From the NCBI GenBank assembly GCA_015489065.1, contig WGAO01000120.1, positions 24,936 to 88,935 on the forward strand: DNA of 64,000 nucleotides. Reading direction: 5' to 3'. Below are positions 1 through 9,918 of the stretch, in pieces. The stretch comes from Thermotogaceae bacterium. Its GTDB lineage: Bacteria > Thermotogota > Thermotogae > Thermotogales > Thermotogaceae. Below the pieces are notes generated by a model. That model was not told the origin of the DNA. It worked only from the letters and a program-made list of their open reading frames with translations, and did no database searches. Position 1 is the stretch's first letter. Every line of letters starts with the position of its first letter. The translations under genes and the position numbers were made by a program.

Positions 1-2
1 GA

Positions 3-1145
3 TCAGTCTACAGGCAAGCCAAGGTAAACTGGGTCAGGCAGAACGAACCAAATGTTTGGAAGAAAACCCACAAAGTCCTTCAGATGAGTGGATATTTCAT
101 AAGCAGAATGACTGGAAATTTCGTTGATTCTATCGCTTCACAAGTCGGACACATTCCATTTGACTACAAAAAGAAAGACTGGTGTAGCTCCAAAGACATT
201 AAATCTTATCTATTTCCAATACCAAGAGAAAAGCTTCCAGATTTGATGCCACCATCATCTTCAGCTGGAAATCTGAGAAAAGAGATAGCAAATAAAATAG
301 GAATAAATACCGTCCCTGTAATTCTATCTGGATCAGACAAGGCATGTGAGATCCTCGGACTCGGCACAAAAGATGAGAATGAAGTAGCTTTGAGTTTGTC
401 AACAACTTCTATAGCTGCAACAACGACAAGGAAATACTTCGAACCACTCCCACATCTTCCACCGTATCCTGGAATAATGCCCGGAACATATAACCCGGAG
501 GTTGAGATATTCCGAGGTTTTTGGCTAGTCAGATGGTTCAGAGATGAATTCGCGCATCCAGAGAGGAAAAAAGCGTTTGAAAATAACACGAAACCTGAGA
601 AGCTGTTCGACGATTTCCTGAAGAAGACACCTCCAGGATCTCTAGGCCTCATCACTCACCCATACTGGACACCGGGACTCGACAAACCTCAGATAAGGGG
701 ATCCATAATCGGATTCTCGTCCTTTCACAAAAGAGAGCATATATATAGATCCTTAGTTGAAGGGCTGTTTTTTGCTCTGAGAGAAGGAAAGGAAAGACTG
801 GAAACAAGAGGAAGGATAAAATTCAAAAGAGCTGTTGTTGGTGGTGGAGCAAGTGAGAGTGATGAGATTGTCAAAATAGCCTCAAGTGTTATGAATCTTC
901 CTGTTTACAGATCGAAGGTCGAAGCTTCTATGATAGGTGCCGCTATGACAACTCTCGTTGGAACTGGGAAATTCTCAGATTTTAATGAAGCTATATGCAA
1001 CATGAAAAAACTTGAGGGTCCTTTCGATCCGGACCCCCATCTTGTAGATTTCTATTCAGAAATTTACGAAAGAGTTTACAAAAAGATCTACAGGAGAATC
1101 AAAAAGCTCACATCTGAAATTGAGAAGATCATCTCACCAACCTGA
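3..1145 (+). CDS. FGGY-family carbohydrate kinase (xylulokinase/glycerol-kinase-like), 5'-truncated by the window edge
   Basis: The frame is open from nt 3, so the listed ORF (84..1145) is only the part after an internal Met. The C-terminal FGGY domain pattern is visible (...GGGASESDEIVKIASSVMNLPV...IGAAMTT...). Confidence 0.75.
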   Translation, partial: SVYRQAKVNWVRQNEPNVWKKTHKVLQMSGYFISRMTGNFVDSIASQVGHIPFDYKKKDWCSSKDIKSYLFPIPREKLPDLMPPSSSAGNLRKEIANKIGINTVPVILSGSDKACEILGLGTKDENEVALSLSTTSIAATTTRKYFEPLPHLPPYPGIMPGTYNPEVEIFRGFWLVRWFRDEFAHPERKKAFENNTKPEKLFDDFLKKTPPGSLGLITHPYWTPGLDKPQIRGSIIGFSSFHKREHIYRSLVEGLFFALREGKERLETRGRIKFKRAVVGGGASESDEIVKIASSVMNLPVYRSKVEASMIGAAMTTLVGTGKFSDFNEAICNMKKLEGPFDPDPHLVDFYSEIYERVYKKIYRRIKKLTSEIEKIISPT

Positions 1146-2307
1146 AAAACTTTCTCTTACCTACTCTCAAAATTCCTTCTCTTGCAGCTGAATTTATGTC
1201 ATTTACCCTCTCACCGTCTATTTTAACTCCACCTTGAGTTATTAGTCTTTTCGCTTCACTTTTACTGGAAGCCGCTCCTATTCTAAAGAGGAGATCGACG
1301 AGTTTCTCATCATCATTTATTTTCACTTCAGGTATTTCATCTGGAAGCTCCTTTTTTGAAAATACTTTTATGAATTCTTCTTTTTCCCTGTCGGCAATAT
1401 CTTTCCCATAGAAGTGCGAAGTAATTATATGAGCGAGCTCCATTTTAACATCACGCGGATTTATCTTCCTTTCTTTCATTAGACGTTCATACTCTTCTAT
1501 TTTTTCTTTTGGGACATCAGTTAAAAGTCTCATGTATTTCGTTATCAAATAGTCCGGTATGGACATTATCTTTCCAAACATGTCCTTTGGCGTATCATTG
1601 AAAGCTATGTAATTTCCGAGCGATTTGCTCATCTTCTGCTTTCCATCAGTTCCCTCAATTATCGGCATTGTCATAACTATCTGAGGTTTAAGTCCATACT
1701 CCTCCATTATCTTTCTGCCTACAAGAAGGTTGAAAAGCTGATCGGTTCCCCCAAGTTCAACATCGGCGTTTATAGCAACTGAGTCCATCGCCTGAGCGAG
1801 GGGATATAGAAACTCAGATATCGATATCGGTATTCCTTCTTTGAATCTTCTTGAGAAGTCGTCTCGCTCCAGCATCCTTGCAACCGTGTATTTAGACACC
1901 AGCTTTATGACATCGGCAAAATTCATCTTTCCAAGCCATTCACTGTTATAACGGAGCTCTGTCTTCTCCGGATCCAAAACCTTAAATGCCTGCTCTGCAT
2001 AAGATTTAGCGTTCTCTCTTACCTCTTCTTCAGTGAGCATAGGACGCATTTCGTTCCTACCAGAAGGATCTCCTATCATCCCGGTGAAGTCACCTATTAT
2101 CAATATGACATGATGCCCTAAATCTTGAAATTGCCTGAGCTTTCTTAAAACAACCATGTGTCCGAGATGAAGATCAGGCCTTGATGGATCAACCCCAAGT
2201 TTCACCCTGAGAGGTCTTCCTTCTTTTAGACGCTCATAAAGCTCTTCTTCTGAAACCAAATCGACGGCGTTCTCTTTTAAAATCTCAAGCTGCTTTAGAG
2301 CATCCAT
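1129..2307 (-). CDS. tyrS: Tyrosyl-tRNA synthetase
   Basis: Class I HIGH motif (DLHLGH), KMSKS motif (QKMSKSLGN) and a C-terminal S4-like domain; 392 aa. Confidence 0.95.
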   Translation of the reverse strand: MDALKQLEILKENAVDLVSEEELYERLKEGRPLRVKLGVDPSRPDLHLGHMVVLRKLRQFQDLGHHVILIIGDFTGMIGDPSGRNEMRPMLTEEEVRENAKSYAEQAFKVLDPEKTELRYNSEWLGKMNFADVIKLVSKYTVARMLERDDFSRRFKEGIPISISEFLYPLAQAMDSVAINADVELGGTDQLFNLLVGRKIMEEYGLKPQIVMTMPIIEGTDGKQKMSKSLGNYIAFNDTPKDMFGKIMSIPDYLITKYMRLLTDVPKEKIEEYERLMKERKINPRDVKMELAHIITSHFYGKDIADREKEEFIKVFSKKELPDEIPEVKINDDEKLVDLLFRIGAASSKSEAKRLITQGGVKIDGERVNDINSAAREGILRVGKRKFFRLVR

Positions 2308-2311
2308 TTGA

Positions 2312-2542
2312 TCACCCCTTGAAGAGCCAAGAAATGAATATCGAGCTTACAAAGAAAGCTATTCCAAGAAGAACCGTTATCTTCCCGTCCTTATCGAGCC
2401 CCTTCTGCCTACCGAAATGTGTGTACATAGCTCCTCCACCAAAAGACCCTCCAAGCTCAACCGTCTTGCTCATCTGCTTAAGAGCATAATAGATAAGACC
2501 AACAACTATCAGCGCATGAATTATCACGGCAACTATTTTCAA
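2312..2542 (-). CDS. secG: Preprotein translocase subunit SecG
   Basis: 76 aa with two TM helices. The central QMSK..ELGGSFGGG....FGR.KGLD motif closely resembles Thermotoga SecG. It sits 4 nt upstream of tyrS. Confidence 0.85.
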   Translation of the reverse strand: MKIVAVIIHALIVVGLIYYALKQMSKTVELGGSFGGGAMYTHFGRQKGLDKDGKITVLLGIAFFVSSIFISWLFKG

Positions 2543-2595
2543 GACCTATCCCTCCTTATGCGTTTTGCCGTATTTTAACTCACATTGGCAGTATT

Positions 2596-4224
2596 TTAAA
2601 CCTTTTTGCTAGATACATGCTCCTTGAGAACTAGTAGAGAACTAATCGTCTCATCTGGAAGATCGTCTACCGTGCCCTTCTTGCTCTTCAAAAATACAAG
2701 CCTTCTGTTTATGTCTTCTAGGAATATATCCAGATACTCCTTTGAATCTATATCAAAACCAGAGATTTTCATTATCTCTATTCCAGGAACAAACTGTTCA
2801 AACTTTGCCTCTTCATCGACAATTGATTCTATTATTGAAAGTGTGAGCTCTTTGGTGACTTTCTTTCCAAGAAAAAATCCCGTGTTTATGACATAAGCTT
2901 TAACACCTTTTTCAAAGAGATATTTGAACTTTTCATAATCTTCAACAAGAGGCCATGTTCTGAACGGATTTGCATAAGGTTCAATCACTATTTTCGTTGT
3001 ATCAACATTCGCCTCAGCGGAAGTTCGCTTTGTTGACAGCGTAGCCCCGAAAACAGAAGCAAGTATGGGGTCATTCACTTTCATTATCGGCGGAATAGCC
3101 GGGTCTTTCATTATCCAGAAAATCGCATCTATGTGATCCTCTATCTTGTCGACTCTGTTTGGTGACCAAAGTCTTGACTTTATAGCTCTTCCGTTTCCAT
3201 TTCTAATATCTTCCATAACAGGTACTATTTTTCCATCTTTTGTCATAGTAGCTCCGCAATTCTGTATCGTTATCAAATACTTATTGTCCGGAGAAATCAC
3301 AGAATAGTCCGCAGTTTTGTCAAAATACTGAGGTTCTAAAGCTATCGAGTAACCTTCTTCAAGATTTATAATGAAGGCGTCATCATGAAGAACCGTTATG
3401 TCATATTTTCCATCATGCTTTGCATGTGTCAGGGTGCTTTTTCCAGAACCAGAGAGTCCAAAGAAAGCTGCGACGAACTTCTTCCCATTTTTCTCAAATC
3501 TCTTTAAACCACCATGACAAGCCACAAAGCCGTTCCTGTTAGCTGTCCCCCATCCCAGAGTCAGAGTACCCTTTTTGAACTCTCCAAAGTATCTCATTCC
3601 TAAAATAGCTCCGACATTGTGCTTAGGATCGAATACAGCCAATCCCATTGGAAAATCTGGATGTTTCCAATCAGGGTCTGTGAATATAAACACATCTCCT
3701 TCCCTGTACGGTTTAGATCTAGAATACATATTCTCGTAGAATGGAGTTGGATGTTGAAAGTTTAAAAGCCAGTTATAAAGTAAATTTTCATGTCCTTCTG
3801 GAATGAGTATGTGGTTCTTTATCATGAAGTCTTCGTGTAGGCCTGTGTAAGAAATAGCGTGATACATCTTTTTGTATCTGGAATTGTAAATTGCTTCTCT
3901 TATTATGGAGGCATAGAAATCCTCATCTACATTCATCCAACCTATTACTCTTCTGCCCGCCGCATATCTTCCGGTCACTGCACCATCGTTAAAAAGAAGC
4001 ATCTTCGTTCCCTCATCCAGATCGAGGTCAATAGGGCAACAGACTTCCCAATCTAAGACGATAGTGCCTGGTGATTTCTTGGCGAGTTTGTATGCTTCCC
4101 TCCTTGAATCTACAACCTCCACATTGTTTCTATAAAAGGCCGTCTCTATCGTACTCCTCAACCTTGAGAAGACTTCGTTGTTCGGGTTTATCTCCTCCAA
4201 ATCGTATCTGCCGATTGACGACAT
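2596..4224 (-). CDS. pckA: Phosphoenolpyruvate carboxykinase (ATP)
   Basis: 542 aa with the kinase-1a P-loop FFGLSGSGKSTLT typical of ATP-dependent PEPCK. Confidence 0.9.
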   Translation of the reverse strand: MSSIGRYDLEEINPNNEVFSRLRSTIETAFYRNNVEVVDSRREAYKLAKKSPGTIVLDWEVCCPIDLDLDEGTKMLLFNDGAVTGRYAAGRRVIGWMNVDEDFYASIIREAIYNSRYKKMYHAISYTGLHEDFMIKNHILIPEGHENLLYNWLLNFQHPTPFYENMYSRSKPYREGDVFIFTDPDWKHPDFPMGLAVFDPKHNVGAILGMRYFGEFKKGTLTLGWGTANRNGFVACHGGLKRFEKNGKKFVAAFFGLSGSGKSTLTHAKHDGKYDITVLHDDAFIINLEEGYSIALEPQYFDKTADYSVISPDNKYLITIQNCGATMTKDGKIVPVMEDIRNGNGRAIKSRLWSPNRVDKIEDHIDAIFWIMKDPAIPPIMKVNDPILASVFGATLSTKRTSAEANVDTTKIVIEPYANPFRTWPLVEDYEKFKYLFEKGVKAYVINTGFFLGKKVTKELTLSIIESIVDEEAKFEQFVPGIEIMKISGFDIDSKEYLDIFLEDINRRLVFLKSKKGTVDDLPDETISSLLVLKEHVSSKKV

Positions 4225-4562
4225 TTTCTCACCTCCAGTAGCATTTTAACGCTATCTGAAGGGGAAAAGTCAAGGTCATTTGAAAAACACTAATATAAAA
4301 CAGCAGAATTTCTCTCAAGTTCATTGCAATGGCTCTCGAAATAACAGAAAAAATAGTTCTCGAAAGTTAGGGAGTGTCTTTGAGCCGGAAGAGAAAACAA
4401 GGATAGGCATTGATATACAATTCCTAGATTTCAAACTTTAAAGTGAAAAATTAACACTTCGAATCAATAATACACTGTTGGTCTCTGTCTGTAGTTTCTC
4501 AAGTTTTGTTTTCAGAGGATTCTTGAGTATTGCTTGAAGATTAGAAAGATGTGCAATTTTTA

Positions 4563-5609
4563 TTAATCACATCCACACGATTTTCTGACTACTAGTCGAA
4601 CTGGAACTTGCTCTATCACAGGAACTTTCTCCTTCATCAACATCTTAGCTATCATTAAAGCGGCTCCCTCTCCCAAAGCCTCAAAATCTTGCTTCACCGT
4701 CGTTAACGGAGGAAAGGTATACTTGGCTACTTCCCTATCATCAAAGCTTACTACCTTTAAATCTTCTGGAATCAATACACCTTTGTGCATTAACATCGTC
4801 ATCCCATGGACTGCAAGAAGATCATGACAAAAGAATATAGCTTCTATCTCCTTTCTTATTAGAGGTATCGCTTCCTTGAATTCATATAAGCTTTTTAAGA
4901 TCAAACTCTTTACTTCTCCTCTTAAACCTCTTTTGAATCCTTCAAACCTTTCTCTCACGCTGGACAAGCTCATGGGTTCTTCCGCTATAAAAAGGGCTTT
5001 ATGTATTTTATGATCTTTTCTCAAATGCTTTCCTAGCAAAAAACCCCCTTGGTAGTTGTTCGATTCCACTGTAACAACTTCCAATCCTTCGATTCTTCTA
5101 TCAACAAAGACAATTGGAAAAGATCTTTTGACAAGGTCCTCAAAGACTCGGCTCTTCAAAAGAGCATCTGTTGGAGAAATAATAAGTCCAACTATTCCCT
5201 GTCTCAAAAGCGATCTTAATCTCTCTGAAATTTTTCGCGAATTTGTAAGATCTAAATCAACTGCTAAACCTTTAAGATTAAATTCCTCAAGTGTTCTCTC
5301 AATTCCAGCTAAGAGAGACCATCCACGCTCGTCAAATTTGTCTTGAATGAGTATTCCCACATATCTCACTCTGCTTTCCAGATGTCTCGATACATCTGCT
5401 ACAAATGTCCCTAAGCCTTGAATTCTGACAACAAGTCCTTCGTTCACCAACTTTTCAATGGCTTTACGCGCTGTTAACCTACTCACACCAAACATCTTTG
5501 CGAGCTCGTTTTCAGATGGAATCTTATCACCCGGGGAATAGGTTTCCATTATCTTTTTTCTCAGATAGTCTTCGATTATCTGATATTGAGGTTTCAAACT
5601 TGATGTCAC
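4563..5609 (-). CDS. Transcriptional regulator, AraR-type hybrid (N-terminal GntR winged HTH plus C-terminal LacI/PBP1 sugar-binding domain)
   Basis: The N-terminus IPSENELAKMFGVSRLTARKAIEKLVNEGLV is a GntR HTH. The remainder has a LacI/GalR-like periplasmic-binding fold pattern. It is the last gene of the sugar ABC operon. Confidence 0.8.
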   Translation of the reverse strand: MTSSLKPQYQIIEDYLRKKIMETYSPGDKIPSENELAKMFGVSRLTARKAIEKLVNEGLVVRIQGLGTFVADVSRHLESRVRYVGILIQDKFDERGWSLLAGIERTLEEFNLKGLAVDLDLTNSRKISERLRSLLRQGIVGLIISPTDALLKSRVFEDLVKRSFPIVFVDRRIEGLEVVTVESNNYQGGFLLGKHLRKDHKIHKALFIAEEPMSLSSVRERFEGFKRGLRGEVKSLILKSLYEFKEAIPLIRKEIEAIFFCHDLLAVHGMTMLMHKGVLIPEDLKVVSFDDREVAKYTFPPLTTVKQDFEALGEGAALMIAKMLMKEKVPVIEQVPVRLVVRKSCGCD

Positions 5610-5622
5610 CTCCGCTAGTTAG

Positions 5623-6462
5623 TTAGTACTTAGTGGATCCTCCCAGAAGTCCGGATATCAGATATCTTTGAGCCACTATCAAAAAAATCAGAACTGGTAT
5701 CATACCTATAACCATTGCAGCCGTTAGAGCACCCCAATCTATCCTGTAGAGCTTTACAAATCCCATTATAACGAGCTGTACAGTCTTTAAGCTATCACTG
5801 AATAGGAAATTCAAAGCCAACACGAATTCATTCCAGGATATTATAAATGAAAAAATAGCCGCTACAGACAGCCCCGGAACAGCTAACGGAAGGACAACTT
5901 TTCTGAGTGCTTCTAATCGCGTGCATCCATCCATCAAAGCCGCCTCTTCTATCTCTACAGGTATACCATCAAAATAATTTCGAAGAAGAAAAGTAGATAA
6001 TGGAAGAGTCATCGCTTGATAAGCTATCACCAGACCGAACCTGCTGTTGAGAAGTCCCAATTTGTTGAACATTAAGAAGAGCGGTATAACATTTATTAAA
6101 GGAGGTATCAAGTAGAGACCCAAAATAGTTGCCAAGATAATTTTCTTTCCTTGAAAGTTAAATCTCGAAAAAGCATATCCTGCCAAGCTAGACAGCACTA
6201 AGGATATAAATGTAGCCAATCCTGAAATTATCAAACTGTTTATAATTCCCCTGAGAAGTTTGGTTCTAGTAAACACGAATTTGTAGTGCTCAAAAGATAT
6301 CGACTTTGGTATCAAAGACGGAGGAAACGACACGAGTTCTTTAGAAGATTTTATAGATGTCGTGAAGACCCAGTATATAGGTATGAGTGTGAATAACGCG
6401 TAAGTTATTAAGAATGCAATAACTATAGAGTTTATTAGATATCTTTTTACTCTCTTTCTCAT
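5623..6462 (-). CDS. Carbohydrate ABC transporter permease (MalG-like, CUT1)
   Basis: 279 aa, 6 TM, with the EAA loop IEEAALMDGCTRLEALRKVVLPL. It overlaps the upstream permease by 4 nt. Confidence 0.9.
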   Translation of the reverse strand: MRKRVKRYLINSIVIAFLITYALFTLIPIYWVFTTSIKSSKELVSFPPSLIPKSISFEHYKFVFTRTKLLRGIINSLIISGLATFISLVLSSLAGYAFSRFNFQGKKIILATILGLYLIPPLINVIPLFLMFNKLGLLNSRFGLVIAYQAMTLPLSTFLLRNYFDGIPVEIEEAALMDGCTRLEALRKVVLPLAVPGLSVAAIFSFIISWNEFVLALNFLFSDSLKTVQLVIMGFVKLYRIDWGALTAAMVIGMIPVLIFLIVAQRYLISGLLGGSTKY

Positions 6463-7430
6463 GAGATATTTTCCCTCCCGATAGTTTTGAAATAAACAGC
6501 TGCGAGCGCTGCATTTATTATCAACATTACCAGTGTGATGGCAGCTCCATATCCGAAGAGCCCATACTTAAAAGCGTTGTTATACATGTACATGGCGGTT
6601 GTCATAGTCGCATCAGCCGGACCACCTTGTGTCATGACCAAGATCGTGTCAAACAAATTAAAAGTCCACATGGTAACCAAGATGAAATTTATAGTCAGAG
6701 CAGGCCTAAGAAGCTGCAAGGTTATGTAAAAAAATATCTGCCAACCCGATGCTCCATCGACTCTGGCAGCCTCATAGAGCTCTTTTGGTATGTTTTTAAG
6801 AGATGATTCCAGAAACAACATGGTGAAAGGAGTTCCTCTCCACACATTAGCTATAACTAATGCCCAAACGGCCATTTTTACATCATTTAGCCATTTGATA
6901 GGTTTTAAACCGATCATTCTCAAAATGGTGTTTATAAGTCCAAAGTTGTAGTTATACATCCATATCCAGCTGTAACCTATTATCAACGCCGATAAAAGCC
7001 AGGGAATCACAAATATTGGTCTGAAAAATCTCGCCAATCCCTCATACTTGTTGAATATCAAAGCTATCAGCAATCCAAGCATGAACTGTCCTACAATAGA
7101 TCCCAAAACGAAGTATAGAGATACGTGTAACGAGTGGTAAAACATGGGATCCTTAAAGAGTTCCATATAATTTTTCAACCCTACAAATGGATATCCTCTC
7201 ATAATATTGGTTGTTCGTACATCGTTCAAACTTATCCAGATGTTCCAAAAGAATGGAAACGCCTCAATAAATAACAGAACAGCTACTGTCGGAAAAACGA
7301 ATGCATAGGGTATTAAACTCCTGCTTAAACGAGGGGTCCCAAAATGGGAACCCCTCTGACTTTTTTTATTGATCATCTCTTTAAAATCACCATCCCAGTA
7401 TTCTCTTAACTTTTTCTGCTGCTCTATCAA
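6459..7430 (-). CDS. Carbohydrate ABC transporter permease (MalF-like, CUT1)
   Basis: EAA loop YEAARVDGASGWQIFFYITLQLL. The start is uncertain: TTG at 7430 overlaps the binding-protein gene by 44 nt, and the alternative ATG at 7376 (MINKKS...) lies 10 nt after its stop. Confidence 0.88.
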   Translation of the reverse strand: MIEQQKKLREYWDGDFKEMINKKSQRGSHFGTPRLSRSLIPYAFVFPTVAVLLFIEAFPFFWNIWISLNDVRTTNIMRGYPFVGLKNYMELFKDPMFYHSLHVSLYFVLGSIVGQFMLGLLIALIFNKYEGLARFFRPIFVIPWLLSALIIGYSWIWMYNYNFGLINTILRMIGLKPIKWLNDVKMAVWALVIANVWRGTPFTMLFLESSLKNIPKELYEAARVDGASGWQIFFYITLQLLRPALTINFILVTMWTFNLFDTILVMTQGGPADATMTTAMYMYNNAFKYGLFGYGAAITLVMLIINAALAAVYFKTIGRENIS

Positions 7431-8658
7431 GTGCTACCTTTGGATCTATACCTTTGAAGACCGCATCACTCATGGCCTGGAATATCGCATCGGAAACCTG
7501 CGACCATTGCGGAATAGCTGGTCTAGTACGTGCTACAGATGCCATCTTCATGTAAAAATCAAAGAATTCTATGGACTTCGATAGCTCCTCTTTATCCACA
7601 TCTGATCGGACCGGTACACGGGCCAAAGCGGCGTAATATTTTGTCATAACATCAGCTCTCAAAAAGGTTTTCATAACCTTTACCGCTTCTTTAAAGCGTT
7701 CAGGAGCTTTATCTTTTACAATGGCGGGTATTGACATTATCCATCCACCAGCAAGCGTTACGGGAACTTTTCCAGGCTCGGACACTGGAAGGGGAAGAAC
7801 TGCGATCATCTTCTCCCTCTCATCGGGAGTTGTACCAGGGAATCTACTTTCACTGGATGCCCAGTTTCCATGAGGATAAACTGCCCACTTTTTCTTTGCA
7901 AAATCATTTCCCCAGAAAGTTTCCGTCTGAGGATCTATCCCTGACTTAACTCTATCTACTAAGAATTTCAAGGCCTTCACTCCTGCTTCACTGTTAAACG
8001 CTGGATAAAACTTCCCGTTCTTCTTCACAAGGATCTTTCCACCCTCTTGCCACAAATATGGGAAAAATTCAAAATCGGGTGCCCAGCTTCCAGCCATGTC
8101 TAACCAACAAGCTCCTATTCCCTCGTCTGATAGCTCAGTCTTAAGCTTTTGACAAGCTTTTATAAAGGTATCCCAGTACAAGAGATTTCCTGGATTGACT
8201 CCTGCTTTCTTCAAAAGATCTGGCCAGTAAAACGTTGCACGCACATCTGTGTCGTACCATAGCCCATAGTATCTACCACTGCTTGGAGGCCATTGGGATC
8301 CTTCTCTAAACGCTTTGAACCAAGTTTTAGCTATTGGAGCTACAACATCGGTCAGATCTGCTAAGTATCCTCCTTCTACAAATTCACCAAGCCAAATGGA
8401 ATCTATCATTACTACATCTGGTGCAACTTCAGGATCTCTAGCCAACAAAGTCGTTTGTAATTTCGATCTCAGATCTCCGTACGAGAATTCGTGAATGTCT
8501 AGCTTCACACCACTTAGATCTTCTACTAATCCTTTTACTGCCTCCAACCCATATCCCTCTGGTTCCCATATTACAACAGTCCTTTGAGCGTAGAGAGTAC
8601 CAAATCCCAAGATAACGGTTAGTACTAATGCAAAAGTAGCGATACCAAACCTTCTCAT
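7387..8658 (-). CDS. Sugar ABC transporter extracellular solute-binding protein (family 1)
   Basis: 423 aa with an N-terminal signal/anchor (MRRFGIATFALVLTVILGF). It is the first gene of the binding-protein/permease/permease/regulator operon. Confidence 0.85.
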   Translation of the reverse strand: MRRFGIATFALVLTVILGFGTLYAQRTVVIWEPEGYGLEAVKGLVEDLSGVKLDIHEFSYGDLRSKLQTTLLARDPEVAPDVVMIDSIWLGEFVEGGYLADLTDVVAPIAKTWFKAFREGSQWPPSSGRYYGLWYDTDVRATFYWPDLLKKAGVNPGNLLYWDTFIKACQKLKTELSDEGIGACWLDMAGSWAPDFEFFPYLWQEGGKILVKKNGKFYPAFNSEAGVKALKFLVDRVKSGIDPQTETFWGNDFAKKKWAVYPHGNWASSESRFPGTTPDEREKMIAVLPLPVSEPGKVPVTLAGGWIMSIPAIVKDKAPERFKEAVKVMKTFLRADVMTKYYAALARVPVRSDVDKEELSKSIEFFDFYMKMASVARTRPAIPQWSQVSDAIFQAMSDAVFKGIDPKVALDRAAEKVKRILGW

Positions 8659-8692
8659 ACCTTATCCCCCCTTCTTTAGGCCTTTTCTCTAC

Positions 8693-8704
8693 TTGTATAT
8701 ACAA
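8693..8704. promoter_or_regulatory. Perfect 12-bp palindrome TTGTATATACAA, candidate GntR/AraR-type operator (proximal)
   Basis: Self-complementary 12-mer located 35-46 nt upstream of the binding-protein start codon (8658). An identical copy lies at 8787..8798. Confidence 0.55.
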
Positions 8705-8786
8705 TAACTAGATCAGAGAATTCATAGAATGCTTCACATTATCAAATGATAACTCTATGCATATTTAAAATCCAAATTTTTTATGC

Positions 8787-8798
8787 TTGTATATACAA
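8787..8798. promoter_or_regulatory. Perfect 12-bp palindrome TTGTATATACAA, candidate operator (distal copy)
   Basis: Identical to 8693..8704, and both are preceded by C (CTTGTATATACAA). The offset between copies is 94 bp. Confidence 0.5.
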
Positions 8799-8806
8799 CT
8801 AAATTC

Positions 8807-8848
8807 GAGAAAAAGAAAAACGCCGTAAAGGCTGGGATTTATTACGGC
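8807..8848 (-). terminator. Rho-independent terminator downstream of fliG
   Basis: On the minus strand the stem GCCGTAA-N13-TTACGGC is followed by GTTTTTCTTTTTCTC. It begins about 40 nt after the fliG stop. Confidence 0.7.
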
Positions 8849-8886
8849 AGGATTAAAGAATATAGAAAGGATTCACTACTAACTTA

Positions 8887-9903
8887 TCACAATATAAGCT
8901 CTTCTCCACCACCTCTTGCTATAACAATTTCACCAGCTTCTTCAAGTCTTCTTATGATGTTTATGATCTTCTGCTGAGCCTCCTCGACATCTTTCACTCT
9001 GACTGGCCCCATGAATTCGAGTTCATCCCTCAATAGCTGAGCTGCCCTCTTCGACATATTCTTGAATATCTTTTCCTTAACTTCTTCTGAGGCTCCTTTT
9101 AGAGCAACCGCGAGGTCTCTCGTATCCACCTCTCTCAAAACAAGCTGAATGGATCTGTCATCAAGTTTTAGTATATCTTCAAAGACAAACATTCTCCTTC
9201 TGATCTCTTCAGCGAGCTCTGGGGTTTCTTGCGATAATCTCTCCATTATCATTTTCTCCGTTTGCCTGTCTATGTTGTTCATTATTTCAGCGGCTGTATC
9301 AACTCCACCGACCTTGCTGAATTGTTGACTCACAACACCTGAGAGTTTTCTCTCAAGACTTTTCTCTATCTCTCTAACTATCTCTGGAGACGTTCTCTCA
9401 AGCAAAGCTATTCTCTTTACGACCTCAACCTGTAGCTCCTCTGGAAGCGCTCCCAGAACTTGAGCTGCCATTGATGGTTCTAGATAGCTCAGAACGAGTG
9501 CTATCACTTGTGGATGCTCATTCTGCAAGAAATTCACCAGCTGGATGGGATCGGTCTTTCTGACAAATTCAAAGGGTTTAACTTGCAGATTTGAAACAAG
9601 CCTTTCTATTATCTTCATTGCTTTCTCAGGACCAAAAGCTTTCTCAAGAACTTTCTTTGCGTACTCTATACCTCCCGTTGCCAGCATCTGCCTTGCTTTT
9701 AATATATTAGAAAACTCCTGGAGAACCACCTTTTTTTCTTCCTCAGAAACCTGACCAAGGTTGGCTATTTCTATTGTGAGCATCTCAACATCTGAATCAT
9801 CGAGGTGTTTTAAAACTTGCGCGGCCTTCTCAGGTCCCAAAATAACAAGGAGTATCGCTGCTTTTCTTCTACCGGGTATATCACTCGCCTTTAATTCTCC
9901 CAT
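8887..9903 (-). CDS. fliG: Flagellar motor switch protein FliG
   Basis: 338 aa. The sequence has the three-domain FliG pattern, including a C-terminal charged helix region (...RDELEFMGPVRVKDVEEAQQKII...). Confidence 0.92.
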   Translation of the reverse strand: MGELKASDIPGRRKAAILLVILGPEKAAQVLKHLDDSDVEMLTIEIANLGQVSEEEKKVVLQEFSNILKARQMLATGGIEYAKKVLEKAFGPEKAMKIIERLVSNLQVKPFEFVRKTDPIQLVNFLQNEHPQVIALVLSYLEPSMAAQVLGALPEELQVEVVKRIALLERTSPEIVREIEKSLERKLSGVVSQQFSKVGGVDTAAEIMNNIDRQTEKMIMERLSQETPELAEEIRRRMFVFEDILKLDDRSIQLVLREVDTRDLAVALKGASEEVKEKIFKNMSKRAAQLLRDELEFMGPVRVKDVEEAQQKIINIIRRLEEAGEIVIARGGGEELIL

Positions 9904-9918
9904 CTTAAACCACCTCCA

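Noticed and set aside
4410-4420. A degenerate 11-mer, TTGATATACAA, resembling the TTGTATATACAA operator and lying between the regulator gene and pckA.
   Set aside because: It lacks one base, so the half-site spacing and symmetry are broken. A single imperfect hit in an AT-rich 338-bp spacer is compatible with chance.
8438-8704. An 88-aa minus-strand ORF spanning the binding-protein N-terminus and the proximal palindrome.
   Set aside because: It is out of frame with and overlaps the well-supported binding-protein gene, has no RBS, and its 5' part is the operator/promoter region.
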